IMG/VR virus record: IMGVR_UViG_3300018432_000013
Span: 48,927-112,926 of that record
DNA length: 64,000 bases
Origin: a virus
Direction: 5' to 3' (one strand)
The position numbers and the translations under genes were made by a program. This document shows, piece after piece, positions 38,909-50,339 of the stretch (position 1 is the first letter of the stretch; every line of letters starts with the position of its first letter). The notes below the pieces were generated by a model. The model made no database searches, was not told the origin of the DNA, and worked only from the letters and a program-made list of their open reading frames with translations.

Positions 38909-39812
38909 GCTGGCGACAGAAGCAGCTTCGCGCGTCCGTGGTTCAGGCAGGTGGCAACGCTGCTCGTGCCCTTTCTGCCCCTTGCGCGGACTTGGACCCG
39001 ACCATCGAGGCAACTGGTGTCTCGACACGACGCGCGGCTACTACCACTGCTTCCGCTGCAACGTGAAGGGCTTTCTGCCGGGCTGTGGTCCGGACGAAGA
39101 GCAGGAGGAGCAGCCACTTCGATGTTTGCCTGTGCGGATGTTGCCGGGCGAGCTTGACGACAGCCTTGGTGCGCCGGAAGGCTTTCGCCGGCTCATCGAG
39201 CGTGATGAGGATCTGCGCGGCGCGGTGCGCTACGTGCGGCGCCGCGGCATCACGCGCGAGATTGCAGAAGCTGCGCACCTTGGCGCGTGCCTTGATGGGC
39301 CGCTGCGCGGGCGCATCGTGGTGCCCATCTTCGCCGCGGACGGGCGCACGTGGGCGGGGTGGTCGGCGCGCCTGTACGTGCCCGCCAAGAGCCACCACAC
39401 GCCGAAGTACCGAACGCCGGAAGGCATGGTCAAGCGCAAGGCCGTCTACAACCAGGCGGCGCTCTACCGCGAGACCGACGAGCCGCTGCTTGTGGTGGAG
39501 GGCGCGTTCGATGCACTTCCCTACTACCCGAACGCACTCGCACTCCTCGGCAAACCCACGTCAGACCAGGTAGATCTGTTATTCGATACGAAAAGGCCGC
39601 TCGTGATCTGCTTGGACGGGGATGCGTGGCTGGAGGGGCAGATGCTCGCGTTACGGTTGGCATTCATGGGACTTTCTCGGGTAGGATCGGTGCGTCTGCC
39701 CCCCAATACCGACCCCAATTCGGTAAATCCGGACTGGTTGCGAAAAAAAGCGAGCACCGCTTGGCAAAAAGATCTTCTCGCCGAGGCGTACCCGGGCACC
39801 AACACGGGTTGA
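38892..39812 (+). CDS. DNA primase (Zn finger + TOPRIM)
   Basis: CPFC...YHCFRC; GRIVVPI; VVEGAFDA; CLDGDA. Confidence 0.9.
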   Translation: MSVRDELATEAASRVRGSGRWQRCSCPFCPLRGLGPDHRGNWCLDTTRGYYHCFRCNVKGFLPGCGPDEEQEEQPLRCLPVRMLPGELDDSLGAPEGFRRLIERDEDLRGAVRYVRRRGITREIAEAAHLGACLDGPLRGRIVVPIFAADGRTWAGWSARLYVPAKSHHTPKYRTPEGMVKRKAVYNQAALYRETDEPLLVVEGAFDALPYYPNALALLGKPTSDQVDLLFDTKRPLVICLDGDAWLEGQMLALRLAFMGLSRVGSVRLPPNTDPNSVNPDWLRKKASTAWQKDLLAEAYPGTNTG

Positions 39813-39862
39813 ATCACTCGGCTCCCACCTCTCCCGGGGCCGGCACGACGCGAGGCACCCGA

Positions 39863-40999
<1,137 letters not shown>

Positions 41000-41015
41000 G
41001 CCGGAGGGCGCCGCC

Positions 41016-43652
41016 GTGCGAACACTCCCGCTGTTCGAGGCTCCGCTCCCCACACCCATCGCCACCGGCCCGCGGCTCATCCGCGAGGACAAGTGCCGAC
41101 GCTGTGAGCTCGGAGGCTTCGGCCACACGACCTGCATCCCGGCCGAAGGCGTTGAGGGGAAAGACTCGGCTCAAGGACTTGTGCTGGTGATTGGCGACTC
41201 ACCGACCTTGGAAGAAGACCGGCAAGGCCGCCCGATGATTGGCGTCAACGGGCGCTCGGTCCGGCGCGTGATCGAAAAGCACTGGGCCGGCGACTACGTG
41301 CTCGACTACGCCGTGCGCTGCCACGTCACGCGCCGCGACACAAAGGTCGTGCCGGAAGCGCAGAAGCAGTGCGCGCCCTATCTGCGCGAGACGTTCACGC
41401 AGACGATGCCCGATCGCGTACTCGTGATCGGGGGGCCCGCTGCGCGCGCTGTGCTTGGGCGTAGCGTCAAGCCATTCGACACGCGCAAGAACTACACCTG
41501 GGTCGAGCACATGAGCGGGAAGAAAGTCCCCGTGTTCGTGCTGATGGCAGTCGCAGGCTCCGTGCGAAACAGGCACCTGCTGCGCATGCTCGAAGAAGAC
41601 TTCGCGTGGGCACTCACCGTCGATCTGGCCACGCTCATGCCGCCGCTCGACCTCGATCCGAACGCCGTGTTTCACATCGTGGAAAACGAGGCCGATGCGC
41701 GCGTCGCATCCGACGCGCTGCGTGAGCACGACTGGGTAGCGTACGACTGCGAGACGGGAGGCCGGCAGTTCTCAAGCTTCTTTCGCAACGTGTGCGTGGG
41801 CGTAGCGCCCGCCGAGGGCGACACCGCGTACGTCTGGGGCCGTCAAGCCCTCGCTGACGCAGGCGCCCTCGGCGTGCTCCGAGAGCTTATGGAAGATCCC
41901 GCCGTCGGCAAGGTCGGGCACAACGAGAAATACGACAAGCTGTCGCTGCGCGCCGGCAGTGAGACCCTCGTCCAAGGCCACGTGCTCGATACGCAGCTCG
42001 CGCGTCACCTCGAGCTCCCGGGCTGCGATGCGCAGCTGAACACGGTGAGCGAGCTCGTCGGCATGGGCGGCTACTGGGAGAGCTTCTTGCCGCATCTGAA
42101 GCGCGCGCAGGAGCTCGTCAAAAAAGCGCGCACGAAGTCGAACAAGGGGCGCCAGCTCCGGCTGCTCGACGAGGACGAGGTGCTTGTCGCGGCCATCGAG
42201 CATCCCAAGGAAGACGTCGACGCGTACGCGTACGCGCTCGTGAAGTCGCCACTGCTCGAACGCTACAACGCGTGTGACTGCATCGCGACGGCGCGCGCGG
42301 CGCGCTCACGCTCGGGCTTTGAGCTCGTGACCAAGTTCCCGCCCGCGCGCAACATCTGGCGTAGCGTCGTCCGCCACACCACCAACGCGATCGAACAGAT
42401 CGAAGCGTGGGGCATCGCTGTGGACGACGGCGCGATGGAGCAGTTCAACCGCTACATCGCAGGCGAAGTAGAAAAGGTCGAGCGCCGACTCAGCCTCTAC
42501 AAGATCAACCCAGCGTCCCCAGACCAAGTTGCCGAGCTCCTCTTCGACAAACTCAAGCTGCGCAACCCGCAAAATCCGAAGTCGCGCTCGACCGACAAGA
42601 AGGCGCTCAAGGCGATGCTGGGCCAGCACCCGGTCATCGAAGACCTGCGCGAGCACAGACGGCTTGGCAAACTCGACAGCGCCTACGGCTCGCTCGGCGC
42701 GTTCGTGCGCGCGGACGGGCGCATTCATCCGAGCTTCAAGATTGACGGCGCTGAAACGGGACGCCTCTCAGTCGTCGACCCGGCCCTGCATACGCTTCCG
42801 CGCAGCAAGGACGCGGAAGGTCACGAGGAGGGCGGGCTCGTCAAGAGCATGTTCTGCGCGCGCTTAGGTTACAGACTCCTCGAGCTCGACCAGTCGCAGA
42901 TCGAGCTGCGCGCTGCCTGCATTCTTTCTGGCGACCCGGTGATGCGGCAAATCTTCACTTCAGGCGAAGACTTTCACCTCACCTCGGCCAAGCTCATCGC
43001 CCCGACGATGTGGAACATGGCACCGGAAGACGTGGGCGATGCGCAGCGCAGCGTCACGAAGAGCTTCGTGTTCGGGCTGCTCTACGGCATGACCGACTAC
43101 GGCATGGCCGCGCGCATGAACTGCTCACTCGACGAGGCTGCGCGACTGCGCGCGGCCATCATGGGCAAGTTCACGCGCCTCGCTGACTGGATCACGGAGT
43201 GCGTGCGGGAGGCGCGCAAAACAGGCCTCGTGGTGACTCCTTGGATGGGCGCGCCCGGACGCATCCGCGATCTGCACCAGATTGTGAACTTCGACGCGGG
43301 CGACTACAGCCCTGAGAACACCAAGGCGATGGCCGCCAAGCGCACGGCAGAAAACGGCGCCGTCAACACGCCCTGCCAGACACTCGCGAGTGACTTTGTG
43401 CTGCATGCGCTCTGCACGCGCATCGTGCCTTGGCTGCAGCAGGACCACTCAGTCGACGCCAAGGTCGTGATGACCGTGCACGACTCCATCCTCTTCGAGG
43501 TCCGAGAAGACCAGCTGCGGCTTGTCTCACGCACCGCGCGCCAGATGATGGCCGACTACGAGACCGGGGGGTTGCCGCTCGTGGTCGACGAGAAGGAGGG
43601 CGCGAACTGGGGTAACCTCGACAAGGTGCCAAAGCTTCAAGCAGCAGCCTAA
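41016..43652 (+). CDS. polA: Family A DNA polymerase with N-terminal family-4 uracil-DNA glycosylase-like domain
   Basis: CRRCEL...IGDSP..EEDRQGRPMIG...AVRC; Exo motifs YDCET, HNEKYD, YNACD; Pol motifs TGRLS, DQSQIELR, KSFVFGLLYG, VHDS. Confidence 0.93.
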   Translation: MRTLPLFEAPLPTPIATGPRLIREDKCRRCELGGFGHTTCIPAEGVEGKDSAQGLVLVIGDSPTLEEDRQGRPMIGVNGRSVRRVIEKHWAGDYVLDYAVRCHVTRRDTKVVPEAQKQCAPYLRETFTQTMPDRVLVIGGPAARAVLGRSVKPFDTRKNYTWVEHMSGKKVPVFVLMAVAGSVRNRHLLRMLEEDFAWALTVDLATLMPPLDLDPNAVFHIVENEADARVASDALREHDWVAYDCETGGRQFSSFFRNVCVGVAPAEGDTAYVWGRQALADAGALGVLRELMEDPAVGKVGHNEKYDKLSLRAGSETLVQGHVLDTQLARHLELPGCDAQLNTVSELVGMGGYWESFLPHLKRAQELVKKARTKSNKGRQLRLLDEDEVLVAAIEHPKEDVDAYAYALVKSPLLERYNACDCIATARAARSRSGFELVTKFPPARNIWRSVVRHTTNAIEQIEAWGIAVDDGAMEQFNRYIAGEVEKVERRLSLYKINPASPDQVAELLFDKLKLRNPQNPKSRSTDKKALKAMLGQHPVIEDLREHRRLGKLDSAYGSLGAFVRADGRIHPSFKIDGAETGRLSVVDPALHTLPRSKDAEGHEEGGLVKSMFCARLGYRLLELDQSQIELRAACILSGDPVMRQIFTSGEDFHLTSAKLIAPTMWNMAPEDVGDAQRSVTKSFVFGLLYGMTDYGMAARMNCSLDEAARLRAAIMGKFTRLADWITECVREARKTGLVVTPWMGAPGRIRDLHQIVNFDAGDYSPENTKAMAAKRTAENGAVNTPCQTLASDFVLHALCTRIVPWLQQDHSVDAKVVMTVHDSILFEVREDQLRLVSRTARQMMADYETGGLPLVVDEKEGANWGNLDKVPKLQAAA

Positions 43653-43979
43653 GAGATGAGGCGCCACCCCAAGCGCGTAGCGTAACGCACCTGCCAGCCT
43701 CTTTGTCCGCGCGCGCTCGCATGCGCGGGCACTAACCCTTCTTGTGATCCGCGTGCCGGAACAAGAAGGGAACCAAGCCATGGCCACAGGCAACCTGCAC
43801 GAACTAGCGCGCATCAGGAACGCAGGCGTCCTTGCGCATGTGACGTCGCCTACCGAGCGCTACGTTTTTCCGCGCTGCTCGCGCCAATCGGCGAGGGGCA
43901 GGGCACCAACGTCAGAGTCTGGCATCAGACCTACGTCTTCCCTCTCTTCCTCTCTCCCTCTCTTCAGTGAGCCGTACCC

Positions 43980-44456
43980 ATGACCCGAGCGCTGCGACAG
44001 GCCGATCCCTTAGAGGCACGCGACGAGTTTTTGAGGCAGTGCCTCGAGATCTCCATCACCGACCTCAACGCTGAGTTCATCAAGGTCCCCGGCGAGATCG
44101 CCTACTGGGGCGAGCAGCTCTCCTCGGCCACGTTCGCCCACGCGTCCGCCAAGCTTGCGTACGAGCGCGAGCGCGGGCGCATGTTCACGTTGCTGCGCAA
44201 CCGCCACGTAGAGGGCAAGAAGCCTCTGCCCGTTGATGCGATCGAAGCTGTCATCGCAGAAGACGACGAGCTCTACGAGCTGCAGCTTGAGGTCCTGCAA
44301 AAGGACGCGGCACGGATGCACATCAAGAGCATCTACGACGCGGTCTCCCGCAAGGCCGACATGCTCCAAAGCCTGGGCGCCAAGATCCGCGAAGAGCGGC
44401 GCGGCGAGCCGGCTCTGCGTCAACGCGACGCTGAACGTCACCTCACCGGCGAGTAA
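43980..44456 (+). CDS. UvsY-like recombination mediator
   Basis: Helical protein, LNAEFIKVPGEIAYW...RKADMLQSLGA; sits before SSB and RecA. Confidence 0.6.
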   Translation: MTRALRQADPLEARDEFLRQCLEISITDLNAEFIKVPGEIAYWGEQLSSATFAHASAKLAYERERGRMFTLLRNRHVEGKKPLPVDAIEAVIAEDDELYELQLEVLQKDAARMHIKSIYDAVSRKADMLQSLGAKIREERRGEPALRQRDAERHLTGE

Positions 44457-44509
44457 GTCGTGATCGCCGGCCTGCGTCTGCACACACCCTTCGACAAGGA
44501 ACATTCGCC

Positions 44510-45376
44510 ATGGCCGCTGGTACGCACATTCAGAAGTGGGGCTCGTACGACACCGATGAAGCCGAGAAGGACAAGAAAGCCGTAGAGCGTAAGGGCATCT
44601 ACTTCAAGATCAAGAATAACAAGACGCAGCTCCGCTTCCTGCCGCCCAAGCGTGGTCAAAAAAACCCCTTCATCAAGACATGGCAGCACTTCGTGGCGCT
44701 CGTGCCCGGAGATGACCGCACGACCGTCATCTTCAACTGCCCCAAGCGCATGATGCAAAAGCCTTGCGCACTCTGCGCGCAGGCAGAGAAGAAGTTCGCA
44801 ACGGGCAAGAAGGCTGACCAGGACCGCGCCTACGATCTACGCGCCAAGCTCCGCGTCTACGCCGCCATCGTCGACCGCGACGACGAAGACAAAGGCGTGC
44901 AGACCTTCGCATTCGGACAGACCATCTTCGAGCAGCTGATCAACATCCGAGACGACATCGATTTCACGCACCCGATTGACGGCTGCGACATCACGATTCT
45001 TCGCAAGGGCACGGGCAAGCGCGACACCGAGTACAACGTGAAGGCAGTTCGCAACAACTCCGCGCTGCACGAGGATGCGGCGAAGATGGACGAGTGGTTC
45101 GATGCCCTGCCTGACCTCGTGCAGAACGCCTACGTGCCGACCCCGGAAGAGGTCAACGCGAAGATGGACGAGGCCTTGAACAAAGCGGACGAAGACAACA
45201 GCGAAGAGCGTAAGCCACGCCGTGGCTCCATCGACAACGAGGCGCGCCGCCCCGCTGCTGCACGTGCGCCAGTCGCCAACGACAACGGAGGCACCATCGA
45301 CACTGATGGTGAAGCGGTCGATCCCGGCACTGAACTCGAGCCCGAGGCCGAGGAAGACGATCTGTGGCGGCGCTGA
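44510..45376 (+). CDS. ssb: Single-stranded DNA-binding protein (gp32-like)
   Basis: LRFLPP, QHF, C..C..C Zn site, DFTHPIDGCDITI, DTEY, acidic tail. Confidence 0.85.
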   Translation: MAAGTHIQKWGSYDTDEAEKDKKAVERKGIYFKIKNNKTQLRFLPPKRGQKNPFIKTWQHFVALVPGDDRTTVIFNCPKRMMQKPCALCAQAEKKFATGKKADQDRAYDLRAKLRVYAAIVDRDDEDKGVQTFAFGQTIFEQLINIRDDIDFTHPIDGCDITILRKGTGKRDTEYNVKAVRNNSALHEDAAKMDEWFDALPDLVQNAYVPTPEEVNAKMDEALNKADEDNSEERKPRRGSIDNEARRPAAARAPVANDNGGTIDTDGEAVDPGTELEPEAEEDDLWRR

Positions 45377-45406
45377 GCGCGACCTCCTCCGCTCGGCTCC
45401 TTCTGG

Positions 45407-45446
45407 CCCGCCTTCTGTGATGCCACACGGAAGGCGGGTTTTTTCT
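45407..45446 (+). terminator. Intrinsic terminator
   Basis: cccgccttctgtg / cacggaaggcggg followed by T6. Confidence 0.8.
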
Positions 45447-45455
45447 TGAGGCCGC

Positions 45456-47471
45456 ATGACCACCAAAAAGAAAATCACCGAGGCTGTCGCAGACAGCGCA
45501 AGCGACCAGCGCAAGCTCGACGCGGCCAAGAAAGTGCTCGACGGTGTATTCGGTAAGCGCATGGCTGTCGGCAGCAACTCCGAAGTCGACGAGGTGATCC
45601 CCACAGGTCTCGAGGTGGTCGACCGCTATGTGCTTGGCATCGGTGGCTGGCCCGTGCGGCGCGTCTGCGAACTCTTCTCTGACCCTTCGGCGGGTAAGGC
45701 GCAGCCCATCTCGACTCTGCTGCCGACCCCGAACGGGTGGCGGCGGTTGGGTGATCTGCGGCCAGGAGATCTCGTATTTGGATCTGACGGTAAGCCAACA
45801 CAGGTCTTGGGTGTCTTTCCCCAAGGCCGCAAACGAACTTATCGCGTGCACTTCCGCGACGGCGCTTCAACGCGCTGCTGCGGCCAGCACCTCTGGGCGG
45901 TAAATACCAAAGCACGCCTACGTCGAGGCCATGCAGTGCTGGTGCGCAGCACGAAGGAGCTACTCAACGACCTACATTGGAAGGGACCGCACGGCATCAA
46001 GGAAGCCAAGTGGCGGGTGCAGCTTGCTGCACCCGTACAGTTCCCCGAAGCCGATTTACCCGTCGACCCATACGTTATGGGTGCACTGCTTGGGGACGGG
46101 TGCCTCACGCGAGGCGCGTGCATCTCCATGCACAACCCTGAACTAGCCGCGCGTGTGCTCGCGCGACTCCCAACGGGTGACAGTGGCGTCTTCGACGGTA
46201 AATGGCTACGCATTCGGCGAGCCGTACGTGGACACGACCATCGTGGTGTGATGCTGCAGTCAACTACGCTCGCAACGCTCAGTCACTATGGCTTGCGACA
46301 TCGAGCGGAGGCCAAGTTCGTTCCCGCGCCGTACTTACTCGGATCCGTCGAGCAGCGACTGGAGCTGCTCCGAGGGATTTTCGATACGGATGGGCACGCT
46401 GACAAAGGGTATGTCGACTTTGGTACAGTGAGCGCCCAGCTTGCCGAGGACGTAGTAACACTGGTGCGCTCCCTGGGTGGTGTCGCCCAGGTACGCGTGA
46501 AAGGGCAATCTACGTACGAATACCGTGGTGAAACGCGCCAAGGACAGATCGTCTACCGCGTTTGTGCGCGGCTTGATGATCTCATTCCCGTCACGCTCTC
46601 GAAGCATCTTGCGCGGTACAAACGCACTGAGCGCATTCCGCGCACGCTCACTCGAATCGAGCGGGATCGAATCGAGGAGTCCGTGTGCATCAAGGTTGCC
46701 GCACAGAACGGCCTCTACGTGACCGAGGACTTCATCGTTACACACAACACAAGCCTCGGCTTTGCAGCGCTCGCGAGCGCGCAGCGCGAAGGTGGACTTG
46801 CGATCCTGATCGAAACCGAGGATGCGCTCCAGGTGGCGCGTGCCACGATCTTCGGGGTGAACCTGAGCGAAGTGTTTCTCTCTGAGCCCGTTTCGATCGA
46901 AGACGTGCTCGAAGGGATTCGCCTTGGACTTGCTGCCATCCCCGAGGGTGTTGGCCCAAACCTCATCGTATGGGATTCCATCGCCATGTCCGCGCTCGCT
47001 GCGACCAACGAAAAAGGGCAGGGCGCCAAAGGCGTCGGGCGTAAAGCTGCGCTGATGAGCGAGCAGTGGCCAAGCCTCACACGCGCCGCGGCGGACAAGC
47101 GCACGGCGATGCTGCTCATCAATCAGTCCCGCACGAAGATCGGGCTTGTGTTTGGCAACCCCACCACGACCCCGGGCGGAGACACGCACAAGTTCACGGC
47201 CAGCATACGCTTGCAGATGTGGGCGAGCAGCTCGCCCGTGAAGCAGGGCGACAAAGAGATCGGCGTCGACACGACCATCAAGGCCGTCAAGAACAAGCTC
47301 GCCATTCCGTTTCGCAAGACCAAGATTCGGCTCTTGTTCGAGTCCGGCTGGGACGACCGCTGGTCGACGGTGACGCACGCAAAGGACCAGGGCGTAATCA
47401 AAGACAGCGTCAAGATGAGCGACGCCGCGCATGCAGAAGCGCGCCGGGCGCTCGGGTGGAGCACCGAATGA
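45456..47471 (+). CDS. recA: RecA/UvsX recombinase interrupted by an intein
   Basis: IPTG..VD..LGIGGWP..R..ELF, P-loop AGK|T, VWDSIA, INQSR, TTPGG. Confidence 0.93.
   Translation: MTTKKKITEAVADSASDQRKLDAAKKVLDGVFGKRMAVGSNSEVDEVIPTGLEVVDRYVLGIGGWPVRRVCELFSDPSAGKAQPISTLLPTPNGWRRLGDLRPGDLVFGSDGKPTQVLGVFPQGRKRTYRVHFRDGASTRCCGQHLWAVNTKARLRRGHAVLVRSTKELLNDLHWKGPHGIKEAKWRVQLAAPVQFPEADLPVDPYVMGALLGDGCLTRGACISMHNPELAARVLARLPTGDSGVFDGKWLRIRRAVRGHDHRGVMLQSTTLATLSHYGLRHRAEAKFVPAPYLLGSVEQRLELLRGIFDTDGHADKGYVDFGTVSAQLAEDVVTLVRSLGGVAQVRVKGQSTYEYRGETRQGQIVYRVCARLDDLIPVTLSKHLARYKRTERIPRTLTRIERDRIEESVCIKVAAQNGLYVTEDFIVTHNTSLGFAALASAQREGGLAILIETEDALQVARATIFGVNLSEVFLSEPVSIEDVLEGIRLGLAAIPEGVGPNLIVWDSIAMSALAATNEKGQGAKGVGRKAALMSEQWPSLTRAAADKRTAMLLINQSRTKIGLVFGNPTTTPGGDTHKFTASIRLQMWASSSPVKQGDKEIGVDTTIKAVKNKLAIPFRKTKIRLLFESGWDDRWSTVTHAKDQGVIKDSVKMSDAAHAEARRALGWSTE
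45699..46748 (+). mobile_element. Class 3 intein (350 aa) with LAGLIDADG homing endonuclease
   Basis: Starts AQP, ends THN with Thr at +1; HLW, VCIKV and YVT (WCT triad); MGALLGDG and LRGIFDTDG. Confidence 0.88.
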
Positions 47472-48037
47472 TCAAACACGACTGCAGAGTATCCGAGATG
47501 TCCCCGCCATCACCACCGTGCGAGACCGTACGCGACATCATGGAAGAGCGTGATTGGACCGTTGGACGACTCGCACAACACATGAACTGGCCGGTCATCC
47601 AAGCCTTCGCATTTTTACGCAACGAGCTGCCCATCGGGCTCGACCTGGCAAAAGAACTCGCTGCTGCCTTTCCGCCAGCACCTGTCACGTTCTGGCTGCG
47701 ACGTCAGGCGCTGTACTTGCTCACCTTGGCGGAGCAGGAGCGCGGGTCGCATTTGCGCGAAACGTCGTCAGAGAGTCCTGATTGGCAGGAAGAGTTTGCG
47801 CATTTCGACGCGCGTGTGCAGCTGTGTGATCCGAAGATCACCGCAGGCCTTGCCGTACACGTCGACCAAGAGGGTTTCATCCTGCTGGGCCCTGAGGATC
47901 CGGAGGAGGCGCTTCAGATGCTGATGGAGGTTACAGCTACGCACGCTGCCGCTATACACGAGAGGCCCGTCCAACTTATGATCGTAGGCGCTCGGGACGA
48001 GTCCCGGTCTGACACCACCCCCGTGGCCAAAGCATGA
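47468..48037 (+). CDS. HigA-like HTH protein with extra C-terminal domain
   Basis: SPPCETVRDIMEERDWT...LAKELAAAF...FWLRRQALY. Confidence 0.7.
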   Translation: MIKHDCRVSEMSPPSPPCETVRDIMEERDWTVGRLAQHMNWPVIQAFAFLRNELPIGLDLAKELAAAFPPAPVTFWLRRQALYLLTLAEQERGSHLRETSSESPDWQEEFAHFDARVQLCDPKITAGLAVHVDQEGFILLGPEDPEEALQMLMEVTATHAAAIHERPVQLMIVGARDESRSDTTPVAKA

Positions 48038-49179
48038 CCAAATATGCCCTGATCGGCGACCCCCACGTCGGCAACTTCTCGCGCTTCGGAGGCGTGAAGA
48101 AGCTCGGCATGAACCGGCGTTGTGAGCTCACCGTCAAAGCGTTGCGCGATGCGCTCCTGCGCGCTGTCGCTGAGAAGGCCGACTACGCTGTGATCCTCGG
48201 TGACCTCTTCGACTCGATGAAGCCCGAGCCGCAGCTCATCGACACGCTACGGCAGACGTTTCGTGCGTTCGCCAAAGATCTGCAAATCATCCTTCTCAAA
48301 GGCAACCACGATTCAGCAAGCGACGAGCCGCGCGACACAGCGCTCTATGCCGTGATCGAAAAGCACGTCATCGTGGTCGACCAGCCACGCATCCTGCGCG
48401 AAGCCGATCCGTACCAAGCAACCCAAGGGCCCTGGAAGTCGTGCAACCCGCCGCTCGTTCTGGTGCCCTTCCGATCGGGGCCTGTGATCGAGTGGCTCCC
48501 CGGCTTGCTGGAAGAGCTCCACGTGCCAACAGGTGCCATCCTGTGCCTGCATGCCGGCATCAAGGACGAGGAGACGGCGCCGTGGCTGCTGGGCGCCCCA
48601 GACGCCATCGAGATGAGCGAGCTCGATGCGCTGATGGACAAGCACGGTATTGACCTCGTGTTCGCCGGCAACTGGCACGAGCAGCGAAACTGGCCGCACG
48701 AGGGCATCTTCCAAGTCGGTGCGCTCTGTCCGACAGGCTTTTCCAACCTCGGCACAGACGAGTACGGGCACGTCAAGGTGGTCAGCCTAGAGGCGGGCGA
48801 CAACCAAGCGTTCGTGCAGGATCACTACATCGCAGGCCCGCGCTTCCTGAAGCTTGGGCCGGACGACATGCCGACCTCGTACCTGCCTGAGGAGCACAAC
48901 GACCGCCTGTTCATCGAGTGGAAGGTGAACGCGGAGAGCCTTCACGCAGCGCGCGCCGAGCTCGACCAGTTGACCGAGCAGGGGCTCATCGAGGGCGGCA
49001 TCGCGCTCCCTGACACCTCTCAGGCGACCGAAGGTCTCAGGCAGGCCGCACTCGCCGCCAAGCACACCGTGGGGATTGCCGAGGCGGTGGGCGCGTTCGT
49101 GGCCAAGCTGCAGATGCCGCCGCTCGCCGATCGCGAGTCAGTGCACGCGCGAATCCGCGCATACACAGGCCTCGAGTAG
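48034..49179 (+). CDS. SbcD/Mre11-like metallophosphoesterase nuclease
   Basis: GDPH, LGDLFD, GNHD, GNWH. Confidence 0.85.
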   Translation: MTKYALIGDPHVGNFSRFGGVKKLGMNRRCELTVKALRDALLRAVAEKADYAVILGDLFDSMKPEPQLIDTLRQTFRAFAKDLQIILLKGNHDSASDEPRDTALYAVIEKHVIVVDQPRILREADPYQATQGPWKSCNPPLVLVPFRSGPVIEWLPGLLEELHVPTGAILCLHAGIKDEETAPWLLGAPDAIEMSELDALMDKHGIDLVFAGNWHEQRNWPHEGIFQVGALCPTGFSNLGTDEYGHVKVVSLEAGDNQAFVQDHYIAGPRFLKLGPDDMPTSYLPEEHNDRLFIEWKVNAESLHAARAELDQLTEQGLIEGGIALPDTSQATEGLRQAALAAKHTVGIAEAVGAFVAKLQMPPLADRESVHARIRAYTGLE

Positions 49180-49219
49180 CCGCCTCGCTGGGCACTAACT
49201 CCGATCAGGAGGGCGTGCC

Positions 49220-50071
49220 GTGCAACCAGTCAGCGCTGAGGCCGCGCAACCACGCGCGGCGAGACCGTTCGTAAAATGGGCTGGAGGCAAAGCGCGCCTC
49301 GTGCCTGTTTTGCTCGCGCATCTGCCGCCGCACGCAGACGAGCTTCGACACGTGGAGCCTTTCGTCGGTGGCGGGGCGCTCTTCTTTGCGCGCCGGCCCG
49401 CGCGCGCGCTGCTCGCCGACTCCAACCGCCGACTCATGGACGCGTACCAAGCCATCCAGCAGGCAGTCGACGGCGTGATTGGCGGGCTTGAGGTTCTTGC
49501 CACCGGGCACAGCGTGATGCGCTTTGAAGAGGTCCGCGAGCTCTTCAACAGCGCAGAGCTGCCACGTGAGACGCGTGCTGCGATGCTGATCTACCTGAAC
49601 AAGACCTGCTTCAACGGGATCTATCGCGTGAACCGCAAGGGCGCGTTCAACGTGCCACCCGGCGTATTCAGCAAGCCTCCGCGTGTGCTCGACCGCGAGA
49701 ACTTGCTGCTCGTGCATGAAGCGCTCAGGAGCGCGGAGCTACGTGCGTCGGATTTTACCGTCACGCTTGAGCGGTGCGGCAAAGGCGACTTCGTTTACAT
49801 CGACCCGCCCTACATCCCGACCAGCAAAACATCCAACTTCACGTCCTACACAGAGGACGGCTTCGATGACAACGTGCAGTATCAGCTCGCGCGCGAAGTC
49901 GTCAAAGCGGACAAGCGCGGCGCCAAGATTTTGGTTTCGCAAAGCGAGACCGAGCTCGCACGCAGGCTCTACCAGCACTTTCATGTCCACAGCGTGAACA
50001 ACACCCGGAGTCTATCGAGCGATACGACCACGCGCGGCCAAGTCGCCGAGCTATTGATCTCCAACTACTGA
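49220..50071 (+). CDS. dam: Dam-family DNA adenine methyltransferase
   Basis: KWAGGK, EPFVGGG, FNGIYRVN, YIDPPY, ELLISNY. Confidence 0.93.
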   Translation: MQPVSAEAAQPRAARPFVKWAGGKARLVPVLLAHLPPHADELRHVEPFVGGGALFFARRPARALLADSNRRLMDAYQAIQQAVDGVIGGLEVLATGHSVMRFEEVRELFNSAELPRETRAAMLIYLNKTCFNGIYRVNRKGAFNVPPGVFSKPPRVLDRENLLLVHEALRSAELRASDFTVTLERCGKGDFVYIDPPYIPTSKTSNFTSYTEDGFDDNVQYQLAREVVKADKRGAKILVSQSETELARRLYQHFHVHSVNNTRSLSSDTTTRGQVAELLISNY

Positions 50072-50074
50072 GGT

Positions 50075-50323
50075 TTGCCCATGACACCGACGCCAGAGAT
50101 GAAAGCGACGGACTACCTGGTCGACGTCGTTCACCCTGGGGCGCTCGACGCGACGCTCACACTCCTGCCTGGCTGCGTGGCACGCGTGGTCGGAATGCCC
50201 GAGCCGAAGGTGGTCGACGGGCACTACGTGGTGCGCGTGTTCGGCAACCCGGACTTCTTCCTCTTTGCGATGGGGCAGCAGGGCTACTGCAAGGTAGTCC
50301 GCGCGCTCGAATCGCTCGTGTAA
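50075..50323 (+). CDS. Hypothetical protein
   Basis: GAGG RBS. Confidence 0.55.
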   Translation: MPMTPTPEMKATDYLVDVVHPGALDATLTLLPGCVARVVGMPEPKVVDGHYVVRVFGNPDFFLFAMGQQGYCKVVRALESLV

Positions 50324-50339
50324 CCAAGGAGCGCTGACA

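Noticed and set aside
43653-43979. Possible ncRNA or tRNA in the polA-uvsY gap
   Set aside because: No recognisable cloverleaf or known RNA motif
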